Assembly (NCBI GenBank): GCA_037440465.1
Contig: JBBIUB010000012.1
Span: forward strand, 1-38,968
Length of the DNA: 38,968 nt
Source: Coprothermobacterota bacterium
GTDB taxonomy: Bacteria > Coprothermobacterota > HKB111
Reading direction: 5' to 3'
Under the pieces are notes generated by a model. The model was not told where the DNA came from. It made no database searches and worked only from the letters and a program-made list of their open reading frames with translations. Both the position numbers and the translations under genes were made by a program. Shown here piece by piece: positions 1 to 8,934 of this stretch. Every line of letters begins with the position of its first letter. The first letter of the stretch is position 1.

Positions 1-134
1 TAAAATTAAGAAATTATAGTTTTAAAACTATATTGCGAAACAATTTTGCGTCAATTGGCGTCTGGATTTTGCTCAAAGAAAGTTCTGACATCGTCCAGCA
101 GACACCACCATTTTTATTTATTTAAACTATAGTT

Positions 135-140
135 TATAAT
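135..140 (+). promoter_or_regulatory. Candidate sigma70 -10 box (TATAAT) for a leaderless transcript
   Basis: Perfect TATAAT followed by 6 nt and then ATG 147; no Shine-Dalgarno; -35 weak. Confidence 0.4.
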
Positions 141-146
141 ATTCTA

Positions 147-830
147 ATGAGCATAATCGAAACCTTAACACGTCTACAATTTATTGAAGGAAAAAAATAT
201 GACACACTTAAAAGAAGGGAGGAAACACTGACTACCCTTCGCGAAATGAGTTTGCAATATGGGCAAATCTTGAAGGATAAAGAAAAAAAATTACACGAAT
301 TTCATAAACTTGAAACAGAACTAAAAGACTTTGAACTCCATATTGATGCGCTTAAAGATAAAATTAAATCTACAAAAGACTTGCTATTTTCTGGAAAAAT
401 AACTTCTTCAAAAGAGATCTTAAATTTGGACCATGAGTTAGACATCCTAAAAAAACAGGTAATTGATTTAGAAGATAAAGAACTTCTGGTTATGGAAACT
501 ATGGAATTAGAGACTAAGAAGATTCTGGGAATGGAAGAAAAGGTAAAGAACAAATTAAATCAAATTAAAGAGCAGGAAGATTCCATACCTGTCTGGAAAG
601 ATGAAGATGAAGCTTCTATTGAAGCTCTGAAATTGCTTCTACCTCCAGATTTATTAGCTGAGTTTTATCAGCTTTTCAAGACCAAAGGAGGAGTAGCTGT
701 GGCTTCTCTTGTAGAAGGATTACATTGTGGTGGCTGTGGGGTAGCTATTCCTGTTAAACAGCAAAAAATTGCCCAAAAAGGAGAATTGGTTAGGTGCGAA
801 AGTTGTCATCGCCTTCTTTACCGTTCTTAA
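147..830 (+). CDS. C4-type zinc ribbon domain protein (DUF164 / CT398-HP0958-like coiled coil)
   Basis: Long coiled-coil N-terminus, then C-terminal CGGC...CESCHRLL zinc ribbon; upstream of RNase H as is common for this family. Confidence 0.85.
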   Translation: MSIIETLTRLQFIEGKKYDTLKRREETLTTLREMSLQYGQILKDKEKKLHEFHKLETELKDFELHIDALKDKIKSTKDLLFSGKITSSKEILNLDHELDILKKQVIDLEDKELLVMETMELETKKILGMEEKVKNKLNQIKEQEDSIPVWKDEDEASIEALKLLLPPDLLAEFYQLFKTKGGVAVASLVEGLHCGGCGVAIPVKQQKIAQKGELVRCESCHRLLYRS

Positions 831-1231
831 TTGAAGCATATTTATTTACTGATGGGAGTTCAATTGGAAATCCAGGTATGGGGGGTGCTGGAGTCATAAT
901 AAAAATACCCGATTCTAAAACTAAAACCAGAATTTTTTCTAAGCCTCTGGGTGTTGTTACCAATAATGAGGCTGAGTACGAAGCACTTATATATGGTCTT
1001 AATCTGGCTCTGGAGCTCCACCTTAAGAGAGTTTCAATACATGTAGACTCGGAACTTCTTTATTATCAACTAATGGGAGAATATAGAGTAAAAGCCCCCA
1101 ACCTTTTACCAAAATTTCAACTTGTAATTGAGCTTCTTTCAAGATTTGAATATTTTGAACTTCATAGGGAAAGGTCAATAGAAGCTGATCGCCTGGCAAA
1201 AAAGGCGGCATTCCTGCAAATAAAACAGTAA
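794..1231 (+). CDS. rnhA: Ribonuclease HI (Ty1/copia-like bacterial/archaeal type)
   Basis: TDGSS..GNPG..GAG, TNNEAEYEAL, DSEL, EADRLA give the D-E-D-D acidic set; true start may be ATT at 830. Confidence 0.9.
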   Translation: MRKLSSPSLPFLIEAYLFTDGSSIGNPGMGGAGVIIKIPDSKTKTRIFSKPLGVVTNNEAEYEALIYGLNLALELHLKRVSIHVDSELLYYQLMGEYRVKAPNLLPKFQLVIELLSRFEYFELHRERSIEADRLAKKAAFLQIKQ

Positions 1232-1233
1232 TA

Positions 1234-3774
1234 ATGAACAAAGCCAACAACCTTTATATTATTGACGGGAGCAATCTTCTTTATCGTTTTTACTATGCCC
1301 TTCCACCATTTATTACATCCAGAGGAGAGAGAGTGGGTGCAGTTTTTGGTTTTGCTCGAATGCTCTTAAGGCTTCTAAAGAAGCCACCAGGCTACTGGGC
1401 GGTAGTCTGGGATAGCCCGAAACCCAATATTCGTTACTCTATTTTTCCAGAATACAAAGCCCAACGTCCACCTACCCCTTCAGATTTCATCTCCCAAAGG
1501 TTGTTGATGAAAGGATTAATGAAAGCCTTCAATGTACCCTGGGTAGAGATGGAAGGACAGGAAGCTGATGATGTAGTGGCCACTCTTTCAACTAGGGCCT
1601 TGAACGAAAATCTCAGAGTTGGTCTTTTCTCAGGAGATAAGGACTTCCTCCAACTTATTCAACCAGGAGTCACTATTTTCGTTATCAAGAAAGGAATAAC
1701 AGAGTTAGAAGAGTACACTCCTCAGAGGTTTCTTCTGGAATGGGGAATTGAACCTTCTTCTGTGCGGGACTTTAAAGCTCTGAGCGGAGACCCCTCCGAC
1801 AACATCAGGGGACTGGAAGGTGTAGGAGAAAAAACTGCCCTGGAACTTATAAGAAAATTTGGAAACCTGGAAGGCATTTACGATAACCTCGATAAGTTGA
1901 TTCCAAGGCTTAAAGAATCATTAATTAACTCAAAAGATAGATTATTCTTATTAAGGGACGTAATCAGTTTAAATAAAGAGCTGAATATAGATACAACAAT
2001 TTCTGATTTGACGTATTCACCTTATAGTCTTAATTCTGTAAGAGATTTTTTTGAAAGGCTGGAGTTTAAGAGTCTTTTAAAAGAGATGCCTGAAGAGGAA
2101 GAGAAACTTCTACAATCTCAGTCTGAAAGAATCACTGTTGTTGATGCGAATAGTATCAGCTGGAATACTGAAGATGAATTTCTCATTCTAATGGATTTTG
2201 AGTCCTTTAATCCTTCAAAAGTAAATATATCCCGAGCACTGGTTGGGAACCCTCGAAAACCACTGGCGATAGATCAGAGAACTTTACTTAAACCCCAGAC
2301 GATTAATAGGCTCAAAGAGATATTAAACAGAGAAGAAATTAAGGTATTAACCAATGACTTAAAGACATTGATTAACTTCTTGAATAATCATAACCTTCCT
2401 TTACCTGTTAGAGTAGACGATTTAAGTCTACTTCTTTATCTGGAAGACCCTGACCAGAGCGGGGGAGTTCAGTTTTCTCCTGATATAGACTACAGCGAAC
2501 TCTTAAAGGGTTTAACAACAGAAAGACTTAACTCTAATCTTTTAAAACTTTATGAAGAAGTTGAACTTCCTCTCTCCCATGTACTGGCTTCAATGGAGAA
2601 TAAAGGAATTTATCTGGATCCTGCTTTATTAGAAAAATCAAAGAAGGAGGCAAGCGAGAGAGTCAGGGAAATTTCCAGAAAAGCGGTAGAGATTGTAGGT
2701 TTTCCTTTTAATCTTGGCTCTCCTCAGCAGGTAGCGGAGGTTCTTTTTGAGAAACTTAAACTTCAACCTCTCAAAAAGGGTAAAAACGGCTACTCAACTA
2801 ATGTGGAAGTTCTCAAGGTTCTTGAGAGTAAGCACCCTGTTGTTCCTCTAATCATGGAGTATAGAGAAGTTTCTAAACTTATTTCTACTTACCTGGAAGC
2901 TTTGCCAAAGTTTGTGAATGCTGAAACTGGAAGAATTCATACTACTTATTCTATGAGGGGAACAACCACTGGAAGACTTTCTTCAAGAGACCCCAATCTA
3001 CAAAATATTCCCACAAGAACACCGCTTGGAAGCCTTATCCGTAGTGCTTTTATTGCTCCTCCTGGAAAAGTGTTTATTAGCGGAGATTATTCTCAGATTG
3101 AATTGAGAGTACTCGCGCATCTTAGTGAAGAACCTGTGCTTATAAAGGCTTTTGAAGAAGAAGAAGACATTCATTCCTACACTGCTTCTATTCTTTTTGG
3201 CAGTCTAATATCACAGGTGAGTAGAGAGGAAAGAAGAAGAGCAAAAACCGTCAATTTTGGTCTAATTTACGGAATGTCAGAATATGGTCTTGCTCAGGAA
3301 CTGGGTATATCCAGAGCAGAAGCCAGAGAATTTATTATTAAGTATTTTGAACGTATGCCGAGGGTTAAAGAATATCTGGAAGAAACACTCAAGGACAGTG
3401 TTGAGAAAGGATTAACTGAGACTATCCTTGGTCGTCGAAGGTTTATTCCAGACCTAACCAGTTCAAACAGAATTTTGAAAGATCAAGCTGTGAGAGTGGC
3501 TATTAATACACCCATTCAGGGTTCTGCTGCGGATATCATTAAGAAAGCAATGGTTGATTTCTGGAGATTGTCAATGGAGATGAAGCGGGATGATGGAAAC
3601 CTTATCCTGCAGGTGCACGATGAACTTGTGGTAGAAGCAGAAGAAAATAATCTTGATTTTTGGGCAGGTTTTCTTAAGAACACCATGGAAAAGGTAATTT
3701 CTTTGAATGTACCCATAGAAGCGAACATAACCTTTGGACCTAATTGGAGAGACCTTAAACCGTGGGAAGCCTGA
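1234..3774 (+). CDS. polA: DNA polymerase I
   Basis: 5'-3' exonuclease motifs (IIDGS, EADD, GDKD, GDPSDN) and polymerase motifs DYSQIELR, KTVNFGLIYG, QVHDE; middle 3'-5' exonuclease domain short and degenerate. Confidence 0.97.
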   Translation: MNKANNLYIIDGSNLLYRFYYALPPFITSRGERVGAVFGFARMLLRLLKKPPGYWAVVWDSPKPNIRYSIFPEYKAQRPPTPSDFISQRLLMKGLMKAFNVPWVEMEGQEADDVVATLSTRALNENLRVGLFSGDKDFLQLIQPGVTIFVIKKGITELEEYTPQRFLLEWGIEPSSVRDFKALSGDPSDNIRGLEGVGEKTALELIRKFGNLEGIYDNLDKLIPRLKESLINSKDRLFLLRDVISLNKELNIDTTISDLTYSPYSLNSVRDFFERLEFKSLLKEMPEEEEKLLQSQSERITVVDANSISWNTEDEFLILMDFESFNPSKVNISRALVGNPRKPLAIDQRTLLKPQTINRLKEILNREEIKVLTNDLKTLINFLNNHNLPLPVRVDDLSLLLYLEDPDQSGGVQFSPDIDYSELLKGLTTERLNSNLLKLYEEVELPLSHVLASMENKGIYLDPALLEKSKKEASERVREISRKAVEIVGFPFNLGSPQQVAEVLFEKLKLQPLKKGKNGYSTNVEVLKVLESKHPVVPLIMEYREVSKLISTYLEALPKFVNAETGRIHTTYSMRGTTTGRLSSRDPNLQNIPTRTPLGSLIRSAFIAPPGKVFISGDYSQIELRVLAHLSEEPVLIKAFEEEEDIHSYTASILFGSLISQVSREERRRAKTVNFGLIYGMSEYGLAQELGISRAEAREFIIKYFERMPRVKEYLEETLKDSVEKGLTETILGRRRFIPDLTSSNRILKDQAVRVAINTPIQGSAADIIKKAMVDFWRLSMEMKRDDGNLILQVHDELVVEAEENNLDFWAGFLKNTMEKVISLNVPIEANITFGPNWRDLKPWEA

Positions 3775-4367
3775 GGGTCATAGGGCTTACAGGTGTTATA
3801 GGAAGTGGCAAATCCGTGGTTGCTTCTTATCTCGGATCACTGGGGGCATATATAATAGATGCTGATAAATTGGGTCATAAGGTTCTGGAGAAGGGAAGTC
3901 CAGTTTATAAAAGGGTGCTAAAAGCCTTCGGTCCTTCCATCCTTAAGGAAAGCGGTGATATAGACAGAAAAATTTTGGCAAATATTGTTTTTGGTAAAGA
4001 AAAGAAAAGACTCCTTCTTAATTCTCTTACCCACCCTACCATAAAAGAACTTATAGAAGAAGAGCTAAATAATGCTCTAAAGGAAGGTTATAAAGAGGCT
4101 GTTCTTGAAGCAGCTATTTTACTTGAGAGTCCCTGGTTAAGCTTTGTTTCTGAAGTCTGGGAAATAAAAGCCTCCTATGAGAATTGTCTATCAAGGTCTG
4201 TCAAAGGAAAAGGGTATCAACCTGATGAAGTGAAAGATAGGTTAGAGGCTCAAATAAGCGCCAGGAGACAATCTACCGGCGCACCCTTAATTGAGATTGA
4301 TAATAACGGTTCTCTGGAAGATACCTTAAATCAGGTCAAATATTATTTTTATCAGGAGAAACGATGA
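3762..4367 (+). CDS. coaE: Dephospho-CoA kinase
   Basis: IGLTGVIGSGKS P-loop, IDADK, THP; classic position after polA. Confidence 0.93.
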   Translation: MGSLRVIGLTGVIGSGKSVVASYLGSLGAYIIDADKLGHKVLEKGSPVYKRVLKAFGPSILKESGDIDRKILANIVFGKEKKRLLLNSLTHPTIKELIEEELNNALKEGYKEAVLEAAILLESPWLSFVSEVWEIKASYENCLSRSVKGKGYQPDEVKDRLEAQISARRQSTGAPLIEIDNNGSLEDTLNQVKYYFYQEKR

Positions 4368-5086
4368 AACTTAACTATTCCCGTATGGATACATATCGTC
4401 AGTGCCCCCTTAGGTATAAGTATCGCTATATAGATAAAATGAAAGAAAAGCCACGGCCACCACTTTCATTGGGTAGTTCCGTTCACAAAACGCTTCAGAT
4501 GTTTTACACTTCTACCAAACCAATTCCTACTATAGAAGACCTTCTAAGTTATCTTGATATATGCTGGGTAAGTGATGGTTATTCTTCAAGTAGTGAAGAA
4601 GCTCTCAATAAAAGTAAGGCTGTGAAAATGCTTACTGATTTTTATAAGAGAAATATTTTTCATTATCTCAAAGCTTACAAAACTGAACAGTATTTTGAAA
4701 TACATCTCAACGATATTATTATTAACGGTTATTTAGACCAGGTTAATAAGTTTGGTGACACCTATGAGGTAGTTGAGTATAAGACTTCTCAGAATGGCTT
4801 GAGTCTGGAAGAAGCCTCTAATGACCTTCAAATAATTACTTACCATGTGGCTTTTAAATCGGTATATGGGTTTCCTCCAGAATCTGTGGTTTATCATAAT
4901 ATTAAAAGCGGTAAAATATTTAGAATTAAAGTGAGTTATGAGCAAGAAGAAAAAACACTTAATTTTTACAGAGAGATATCTGAGGGAATAAAAAAAGAAA
5001 TGTTCAGCCCGAAAATTAATGTTTTCTGTCGTTGGTGTGATTTCATTGGTATATGTCCTGCTCAATCCAGGAGGAATGGTTTATGA
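4364..5086 (+). CDS. PD-(D/E)XK nuclease, RecB/AddB/Cas4-like, with 4-Cys Fe-S staple
   Basis: YSRMDTYRQCP at N-terminus, GSSVH, GYLD...VEYKT nuclease core, C-terminal CRWCDFIGICP. Confidence 0.88.
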   Translation: MKLNYSRMDTYRQCPLRYKYRYIDKMKEKPRPPLSLGSSVHKTLQMFYTSTKPIPTIEDLLSYLDICWVSDGYSSSSEEALNKSKAVKMLTDFYKRNIFHYLKAYKTEQYFEIHLNDIIINGYLDQVNKFGDTYEVVEYKTSQNGLSLEEASNDLQIITYHVAFKSVYGFPPESVVYHNIKSGKIFRIKVSYEQEEKTLNFYREISEGIKKEMFSPKINVFCRWCDFIGICPAQSRRNGL

Positions 5087-6102
5087 AAGTAAATGGAACC
5101 CTAAAAAGAGGGTTACTCCTGGCAGGATTAGTTTTTTTCATTCTCTTATTCCTTGCTTTAAAATTCACTGATTCATTTTCACCCTCTGAGCTAAAGCCAC
5201 AATATCTGGTATTTTCTTTCATTTCTGCTCTTCTTATTCTCCTCTGCGAAGCCCTACGTTTCTTTTCTGTGAGCAAGATTCTGAAGGGGAAGAACCTATC
5301 CTTTAGAGAGGCTCTTGCCATCTCTTTTGCAGGTGTTTTCTGGGCCAGGGTAACGCCAGGGGGTGCTGGAGGGGAACCATTTCAATTGTATCTAATGAGT
5401 AAGAAAGGCGTAAATACAGGAGAAGGAACAGCTATGATATTTGTCAATGCGATATTAAGTGTAACCATGAGGGTAATTTTACTTCTGATGATACCTTTTC
5501 TTTTAATGCTTTATTCAATACCTGATGTCAAGTTAAACTTAGTATCTGAATCTCTCTTTTTAGCTTTAATTATCGGTATAGTTGTGCTGGGCATTCTTTT
5601 ATACATTCTTTTTCATCCTCAGATAATAATCCTGATAGGTAATTACCTTCTCTCACGACGATTTACAATTCGTATTTTAACTATAAAAAGAACGAAGATG
5701 TATCTTGATTTTATTAAGATTTTTATAGATGATTTTCAGAATCTTTCCAAAGAATGGAACCAGATAGACTTATTAAATATTATATCTGCTTTTTTCCTTA
5801 TTTTTGGAGGTTGGATGTTAACTGCACTTATTCCATATTTTCTTCTTAAGAGTATAAATATTGCCACATCTTTCCCTTTAATATTCATACTCACAATAAT
5901 CTCTCGTGCATTAACAGACTTTCTTCCTATCCCTGGCTCGATAGGTGTTCAGGAATTAAGTATTGCTACCATTTTTAAGACATTAGTTCCTTTTAATTTC
6001 CTGTGGTCATTTGTTTTTGTGTGGAGAATACTGTTTTATTACTTACCTTTAATCATCACAGCTTTAGTTTCTTATAGCCTCTTTTTTGCAGAACAAAGCT
6101 AA
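5083..6102 (+). CDS. Lysylphosphatidylglycerol synthase TM-region / UPF0104 flippase-like membrane protein
   Basis: Multiple hydrophobic helices, TPGGAGGEP and PIPGSIGVQE and WR motifs; ATG 5083 follows AGGAGG and overlaps the upstream stop (ATGA). Confidence 0.82.
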   Translation: MKVNGTLKRGLLLAGLVFFILLFLALKFTDSFSPSELKPQYLVFSFISALLILLCEALRFFSVSKILKGKNLSFREALAISFAGVFWARVTPGGAGGEPFQLYLMSKKGVNTGEGTAMIFVNAILSVTMRVILLLMIPFLLMLYSIPDVKLNLVSESLFLALIIGIVVLGILLYILFHPQIIILIGNYLLSRRFTIRILTIKRTKMYLDFIKIFIDDFQNLSKEWNQIDLLNIISAFFLIFGGWMLTALIPYFLLKSINIATSFPLIFILTIISRALTDFLPIPGSIGVQELSIATIFKTLVPFNFLWSFVFVWRILFYYLPLIITALVSYSLFFAEQS

Positions 6103-6152
6103 AAATAGGGTATTATTTAAAATTAGGAATCTATTTATTGGAGGAATTATAA

Positions 6153-8822
6153 ATGATTATGCAGAAAAAGATTTATAGATTTGAAGAAGGTAATGCAAAA
6201 CAGAAGAGTCTTCTGGGAGGAAAAGGGGCTGGTTTAGCTGGTATGACTAACATGGGTCTTCCCGTGCCTCCTGGCTTTACCATCACAACTGAAGTCTGTC
6301 GGGAGTATTACGAAGAGGGAGAAAAGATTCCTTTAGATGTTCAAAAGCAGGTTCTTGAGGAAATAAAGGTTCTTGAAGAGAAACTTCAAAAGAAGTTTGG
6401 TGGAGACGATAATCCCCTTCTTCTATCTGTCAGGTCTGGTGCACCTCTCTCTATGCCAGGCATGATGGATACAATCTTGAATCTGGGACTCAATGATAAA
6501 ACTGTACAGGTTTTAGCGAAATTAAGCCAAAATGAGCGGTTTGCCTGGGATGCCTATAGAAGGTTTCTTCAATCCTTTGGAAAGGTTGTTATAAATGTTG
6601 AAGGAGAGAAGTTTGAAGAAGTCATAACTAACAGGAAAAAAATAAAAGGTGTTTCGGACGATACAGAGCTGTCCACCGATGATCTTAAGGGTTTAGTAGC
6701 AGATTTTAAAAACATAATTATGAATCACTCCGGCTCACCGTTTGAACAGGACCCATATAAACAGCTTATTGCCAGCATTAAAGCAGTTTTTGAATCCTGG
6801 AATAATCGCAGGGCTCAAGAATATAGAAAGATTTATAAAATCTCAGACAATCTTGGAACTGCAGTCAACATAATGGTAATGGTTTTTGGTAATCTGGGCT
6901 GGGATTCTGCCACTGGGGTGGCTTTTACTCGTAATCCTTCAACAGGAGAAAAAAAGTTTTTTGGTGAATATCTTCCCAATGCCCAGGGAGAAGATGTGGT
7001 ATCAGGAGCCAGGACGCCTAAAGACATAGAAAATCTTGCTCAAGAACTACCACAGGCTTACCAAGAATTACTCAGGGTGGCGAACATTCTGGAAAAACAC
7101 AATCGGGATATGCAAGATATTGAGTTCACAATAGAAAAAGGCAAACTTTACATGCTTCAGACGAGAACCGGAAAAAGGACACCTCAAGCTGCTATAAAGA
7201 TGGCGATTGATATGGTTGAAGAAGGTCTCATAAGCAAAGAAGAGGCTTTGATGAGAGTCTCCTGTGACGAAATTGAAAGGGTTATGCATCCATCTATAGA
7301 CCTTAAACATAAAAATACTGTAATCGCCAAAGGCTTACCAGCTTCTCCTGGAGCAGCAGTAGGAGAGGTTGTATTTGATGCTGACCTGGCTGTTAAACTA
7401 AAAGAAGAAGGTCATAATATTATTCTTGTCAGACCTGAAACCACTCCGGATGATGTACATGGCATGTATGCTGCACAAGGGATTCTTACCAGTCGTGGGG
7501 GCATGACCAGCCATGCTGCTGTGGTAGCCAGGGGTATGGGTAAACCCTGTATAGTAGGATGTGAAGAAATTAAAATAAACCTCCAGAAAAGAGTGTTCCT
7601 TGCCAGTGGTACAACGATAAAGGAAGGTGATTTTATTACCCTGGATGGTGGAGCTGGGGAAGTTATGCCTGGTATAGTTCCTCTCGTTTTGCCTTCTTTT
7701 ACCGTAGAGTTCAAGAAACTTTTAGAGTATGCAGATGAGGTAAGAAGGTTAAGTGTTCATGCTAATGCTGATACTCCTCTGGATGCCCGTAAAGCACGAG
7801 AATTTGGTGCCCAGGGGATAGGACTTGCTCGTACTGAACACATGTTCCTGGGCCCTGACAGGGTGTCTATTGTCCAGAAGATGATAATGGCAGATACTAC
7901 TGACGAGAGAAGTGAAGCCTTAAAAGAGCTTTTAGAAGTTCAGCGCGAAGATTTTGTTGGAATTCTGGAAGCTATGGATGGGTTACCTGTAACTATTCGT
8001 CTTTTGGACCCACCTTTGCACGAATTCTTACCTGCTCCGGAAGAGTTAGTAGAAGAACTACGAACTATGAGAGAAAAAGGAGCAGGTGACGGAAAAATCA
8101 AAGAAAAGGAGCTCTTACTTCGTAAGGCTGTAGACCTGAAAGAATTCAACCCTATGCTGGGATGGCGTGGTTGTAGATTGGGTATAGTTCTCCCAGAAAT
8201 CTATGAGATGCAGGTAAGAGCAATCTTTGAAGCAGCAGCTAACCTTGCAAGAAGAGGTCTTAATCCCATAGTTGAGGTGATGCATCCCCTGGTAGGTATG
8301 TATAAAGAAATGGAGAGCCTTGCAGAGTTAACCCACAGGATTGCCATTCAGACAATGGAAAAAGAGAGGGTTAAACTTAACTATAAAGTTGGGACTATGA
8401 TTGAAATACCCCGTGCTGCCCTTGTGGCAGATATAATTGCCCAGAAAGCTGAATTTTTCTCTTTTGGTACCAACGACCTAACCCAGATGACCTTTGGGTT
8501 CTCTCGAGACGATGCTGAAAGAAAATTCCTTCCTTATTATATTGAAAAAGGAATTCTTCAAATTAATCCATTTATGTCTCTTGATCAGGAAGGTGTAGGC
8601 AAACTAATGGATATAGCCGTAACTTTAGGTCGTAAAACCAGGCCTGACATTAAAATCGGTATTTGTGGAGAGCACGGTGGTGACCCAGCTTCCATTGAGT
8701 TCTGTCACCATCTGGGGCTCAATTATGTAAGCTGTTCACCCTTCAGGCTTCCTATAGCCCGTTTATCAGCAGCACAGGCTGTTTTGCGGGAAAAGATCAT
8801 AGAAGTATCAACAAGTGTTTAA
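6153..8822 (+). CDS. ppdK: Pyruvate, phosphate dikinase
   Basis: LLGGKGA, SVRSGA..SMPGMMDT, phospho-His motif GMTSHAAVVARG, FSFGTNDLTQ, GICGEHGG; SD GGAGGA at 6140-6145. Confidence 0.97.
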   Translation: MIMQKKIYRFEEGNAKQKSLLGGKGAGLAGMTNMGLPVPPGFTITTEVCREYYEEGEKIPLDVQKQVLEEIKVLEEKLQKKFGGDDNPLLLSVRSGAPLSMPGMMDTILNLGLNDKTVQVLAKLSQNERFAWDAYRRFLQSFGKVVINVEGEKFEEVITNRKKIKGVSDDTELSTDDLKGLVADFKNIIMNHSGSPFEQDPYKQLIASIKAVFESWNNRRAQEYRKIYKISDNLGTAVNIMVMVFGNLGWDSATGVAFTRNPSTGEKKFFGEYLPNAQGEDVVSGARTPKDIENLAQELPQAYQELLRVANILEKHNRDMQDIEFTIEKGKLYMLQTRTGKRTPQAAIKMAIDMVEEGLISKEEALMRVSCDEIERVMHPSIDLKHKNTVIAKGLPASPGAAVGEVVFDADLAVKLKEEGHNIILVRPETTPDDVHGMYAAQGILTSRGGMTSHAAVVARGMGKPCIVGCEEIKINLQKRVFLASGTTIKEGDFITLDGGAGEVMPGIVPLVLPSFTVEFKKLLEYADEVRRLSVHANADTPLDARKAREFGAQGIGLARTEHMFLGPDRVSIVQKMIMADTTDERSEALKELLEVQREDFVGILEAMDGLPVTIRLLDPPLHEFLPAPEELVEELRTMREKGAGDGKIKEKELLLRKAVDLKEFNPMLGWRGCRLGIVLPEIYEMQVRAIFEAAANLARRGLNPIVEVMHPLVGMYKEMESLAELTHRIAIQTMEKERVKLNYKVGTMIEIPRAALVADIIAQKAEFFSFGTNDLTQMTFGFSRDDAERKFLPYYIEKGILQINPFMSLDQEGVGKLMDIAVTLGRKTRPDIKIGICGEHGGDPASIEFCHHLGLNYVSCSPFRLPIARLSAAQAVLREKIIEVSTSV

Positions 8823-8839
8823 GGAGTTTAAGAATTAAT

Positions 8840-8930
8840 TTAAGGGAAGAGTGGGATTCATTAGAAGTTATTTCCCCTCTAATAAGAGGGGTTAGGGGTG
8901 TGTTAGGATAAACTTAAGAGAAGAGTGGGA
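8840..8930. repeat. Hairpin element flanked by 17-bp direct repeats
   Basis: TTAAGGGAAGAGTGGGA (8840-8856) and TTAAGAGAAGAGTGGGA (8914-8930) bracket CCCCTCT-AATA-AGAGGGG (8874-8891) plus a TTAGGGGTGTGTT tail. Confidence 0.7.
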
Positions 8931-8934
8931 GTCT

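Noticed and set aside
2100..2520. Degenerate 3'-5' exonuclease domain of PolA as a novelty
   Set aside because: Loss of proofreading in PolA is common in many bacterial lineages
4364..5086. cas4 of a CRISPR-Cas system
   Set aside because: Fold is Cas4-like but the context is housekeeping, with no array or other cas genes
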